Below, piece by piece: positions 1-4,554 of a DNA stretch of 4,554 nt. Source of the stretch: a virus (taxonomy: Duplodnaviria; Heunggongvirae; Uroviricota; Caudoviricetes); the IMG/VR virus record IMGVR_UViG_2778261688_000001, positions 1 through 4,554 of that record; one strand, 5' to 3'. Each line of letters begins with the position of its first letter. Position 1 is the stretch's first letter. A program made the translations under genes and the position numbers. The notes under the pieces were generated by a model, which was not told where the DNA came from, searched no databases, and was given only the letters and a program-made list of their open reading frames with translations.

Positions 1-892
1 GCAGCGTTAACGGTGATGGTGTGTCCATGTGAACCAATCGCAACGGAGTGCGTATGAGCACCAATACCGACAGTATGTGCATGTGCGCCTGCGCTTGCAG
101 CAGTGCCGGACAGCGAGTGGGTATGAGCACCATCTGATGATGTCTTCCCTGCATTACGAGTCTGGCCACTACCGCTTGTTGTGCTCATAATCCCCGCGCT
201 TAGATTTGAAATCGCGGTATAACCATTAGGGAAAATGCTCGTGTTCGTGCCACCAAATGCACCGGAACTCTTGTGTTGGTGCGCACCGGCACTATTTGCG
301 GTCCCGCTAATACTATGGGTATGCGCCCCGGTGTTATTCGTGGATTTGGTTCCGTAATCAAACGACGATGTGGTTTTCGTCCCCAAATCCGTACTGGATG
401 CGCTGGCGCTGTGGGTGTGCGATTTAATGCCGTCCTGTTCCTGAGATAATACGGCCCGACCACTGGCGGGCTTGCCCTTAATCGTCCAGCCACGCATATC
501 AGGGATCACGCCTGACGGATAAGCAACTGCAAGTTTCGGGTATGCAGATTTGTCAAAAGTCTGCCCCTGCATCAGGGCATAACCAGACGGAACGGTATCT
601 GATGGCCACGGGATTGGTGCACCGACTGGATAAAACTCTGCAGGAGGATGAGCCGAGGTGTAAAGCTGCGCCCACGGCGACCAGTTTGCGTCGGTCGTAT
701 CCCGTCGTGAACGAATAAATGCCGGAGCATGAGCACCGCTTGTACCACTCCAGCCGATGAGTAACTCACCTTCGCCAACGGCTGTCATCCCTTTCAGGTG
801 AATGATATTTCCATACGCTGTTGGATATCCGTTGTTATACACCTCGTATAACTCAAGACCTGCTGCCCCCTGCGTATTGTCTGTCAGCGCGG

Positions 893-894
<2 letters not shown>
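1..894 (-). CDS. stf: Side tail fibre protein (Stf-like) C-terminal region; 5'-truncated gene remnant lacking its native N-terminus and start, 3' end beyond the window start
   Basis: Hand translation of the minus-strand frame with codons at 899-897, 896-894 ... 5-3 shows no stop from 905 to 1: ...[149 protein letters not shown]...GAHTHSISG...GAHQHK...GAHTHSLSG...[29 protein letters not shown]. The PWPSD...[29 protein letters not shown] block and GAHxH repeats are characteristic of lambda Stf / T4 gp37-type distal fibre domains. Not listed in the ORF track because it runs off the window edge. Confidence 0.75.
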
Positions 895-3287
<2,393 letters not shown>

Positions 3288-3353
3288 GCTGGAGGGGTCA
3301 TCCGGCGTCCATTTGAGGCCAAACGGCGTCTCTTTGTCGCCAAATTTAAGATA

Positions 3354-3356
3354 CTA
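3354..3356 (-). other. In-frame amber (TAG) codon within the terminase large subunit gene
   Basis: Forward cta at 3354-3356 is TAG on the minus strand in the gpA frame. By my recollection of lambda gpA (…CPHCGEE-Q-YLKFGDK…) the wild-type codon is Gln, probably CAG, so a single C-to-T transition would create it. Confidence 0.85.
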
Positions 3357-4094
3357 CTCCTCCCCGCAGTGCGGGCAGGCAACATGAAAACGCATAAAAT
3401 GCAGGGATTCACTGGCTGCACGCTCAATCTGGCAGGTGCCTCTCACTTTGGGCGTGGAGCCACGGATGGACTTTGGCCAGACCGAGCCTTCAATACGTTT
3501 GTCGCCAAGGAACGTCGGAGAGCCTTCCTGTTCAATATCCTCATCAAAGGCAGCAAGTTCATCATAACCCGCCACATCCACCGACTTTTCACGGTAGTTT
3601 TTTGCCGCTTTACCGCCCAGGCACCAGAAGCCACGACCATTGGAAAAACGCTTCATAGTGAGCGTGTTATCCCGGTGCTTTTTGCCATACCACGGAGCCA
3701 GCGCCAGCAGCGACGGAATATCGCGGATGGTCGGCTCAACGTGGGTTTTCATAAAGTTCTCGGCATCACCATCCGTCGGCAACCAGATAAGGGTGTTGCG
3801 CTGCTTATGCTCTATAAAGTAGGCATAAACACCCAGCAGCATTTTGGAATAACCGACACGGGCAGACTTCACCACATTCACCTCACGGATGTAGTCGCTG
3901 CCCATCGCATTCATGATGGCCCGCTGAAAGGGCAGTGTTTCCCAGCGCCCTTCCTGGTATGCGGATTCTTTCGGGAGATAGTAATTAGCATCCGCCCATT
4001 CAACGGCGGTCTGTGGCTCCGGCCTGAACAGTGAGCGAAGCCCGGCGCGGACAAAATGCCGCAGCCTGTTAACCTGACTGTTCGATATATTCAC
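3354..4094 (-). CDS. A: gpA N-terminal fragment (246 aa) ending at the amber codon; the only product expected without an amber suppressor
   Basis: ATG at 4094-4092 and TAG at 3356-3354 on the minus strand. The sequence covers the Nu1-interacting N-terminus and the ATPase Walker A region of terminase large subunit. Confidence 0.8.
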   Translation of the reverse strand: MNISNSQVNRLRHFVRAGLRSLFRPEPQTAVEWADANYYLPKESAYQEGRWETLPFQRAIMNAMGSDYIREVNVVKSARVGYSKMLLGVYAYFIEHKQRNTLIWLPTDGDAENFMKTHVEPTIRDIPSLLALAPWYGKKHRDNTLTMKRFSNGRGFWCLGGKAAKNYREKSVDVAGYDELAAFDEDIEQEGSPTFLGDKRIEGSVWPKSIRGSTPKVRGTCQIERAASESLHFMRFHVACPHCGEE

Positions 4095-4554
4095 TCAGCA
4101 ACCCCGGTATCAGTTCATCCAGCGCGGCTGCTTTGTTCATGGCTTTGATGATATCCCGTTTCAGGAAATCAACATGTCGGTTTTCCAGTTCCGGAAAACG
4201 CCGCTGCACCGACAGGGGGATCCCGTCGAGAATACTGGCAATTTCACCTGCGATCCGCGACAGCACGAAAGTACAGAATGCGGTTTCCACCACTTCAGCG
4301 GAGTCTCTGGCATTTTTCAGCTCCTGTGCGTCGGCCTGCGCACGCGTAAGTCGATGGCGTTCGTACTCAATAGTCCCTGGCTGGAGATCTGTCTCGCTGG
4401 CCTGCCGCAGTTCTTCAACTTCCCGGCGCAGCTTTTCGTTCTCAATTTCAGCATCCCTTTCGGCATACCATCTTATAACGGCGGCAGAGTCATAAAGCAC
4501 CTCATTACCCTTGCCACCGCCTCGCAGAACGGGCATTCCCTGTTCCTGCCAGTT
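4069..4554 (-). CDS. nu1: Terminase small subunit Nu1 (DNA-packaging protein), 5'-partial; about the first 20 codons lie beyond the window end
   Basis: Minus-strand frame open from the window edge to a stop at 4069-4071. Codons 4554-4537 read NWQEQG, then MPVLRGGGKGNEVLYDSAAVIRWYAERDAEIENEKLRREVEELRQ...SEYIEQSG, which I recognise as lambda gpNu1 (181 aa in lambda). The 3' end overlaps the gpA start by 26 nt (4069-4094), as in lambda. Confidence 0.9.
   Translation of the reverse strand, partial: NWQEQGMPVLRGGGKGNEVLYDSAAVIRWYAERDAEIENEKLRREVEELRQASETDLQPGTIEYERHRLTRAQADAQELKNARDSAEVVETAFCTFVLSRIAGEIASILDGIPLSVQRRFPELENRHVDFLKRDIIKAMNKAAALDELIPGLLSEYIEQSG

Noticed and set aside
3288-3356. Possible frameshift or small indel separating the two gpA ORFs
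   Set aside because: Hand translation shows both ORFs are in the same frame with exactly one TAG between them and lambda-like sequence on both sides. It is a nonsense substitution, not a frameshift.
4069-4554. cos site / terminase-binding region in the window
   Set aside because: In lambda, cos lies upstream of the Nu1 start, which is itself about 60 nt beyond the window end, so it cannot be seen here.

Overview
The whole window is read on the minus strand as the start of a lambda-type late (DNA packaging and morphogenesis) operon, and it is defective. Gene order, high to low coordinate: terminase small subunit Nu1 (5' end beyond the window), terminase large subunit gpA (641-codon frame with one in-frame TAG at 3354-3356), head-tail joining protein gpW, and portal protein gpB, which stops after 358 of about 533 codons at 893-895. 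Directly downstream of that stop, in a different frame, an open frame with no stop from 905 to 1 encodes the C-terminal part of a side-tail-fibre (Stf-like) protein with seven HxH motifs, continuing past the window start. This is best explained by an internal deletion that removed the rest of B, all capsid genes and all tail-shaft genes. Protein identities are recognised from memory, not from a search; gene lengths and the 26/4/4-nt overlaps match my recollection of lambda. I see no RNA genes, CRISPR array, insertion sequence or defence-type cargo, and no evidence of a novel system: the notable content is the pair of inactivating lesions in an otherwise lambda-like packaging module.
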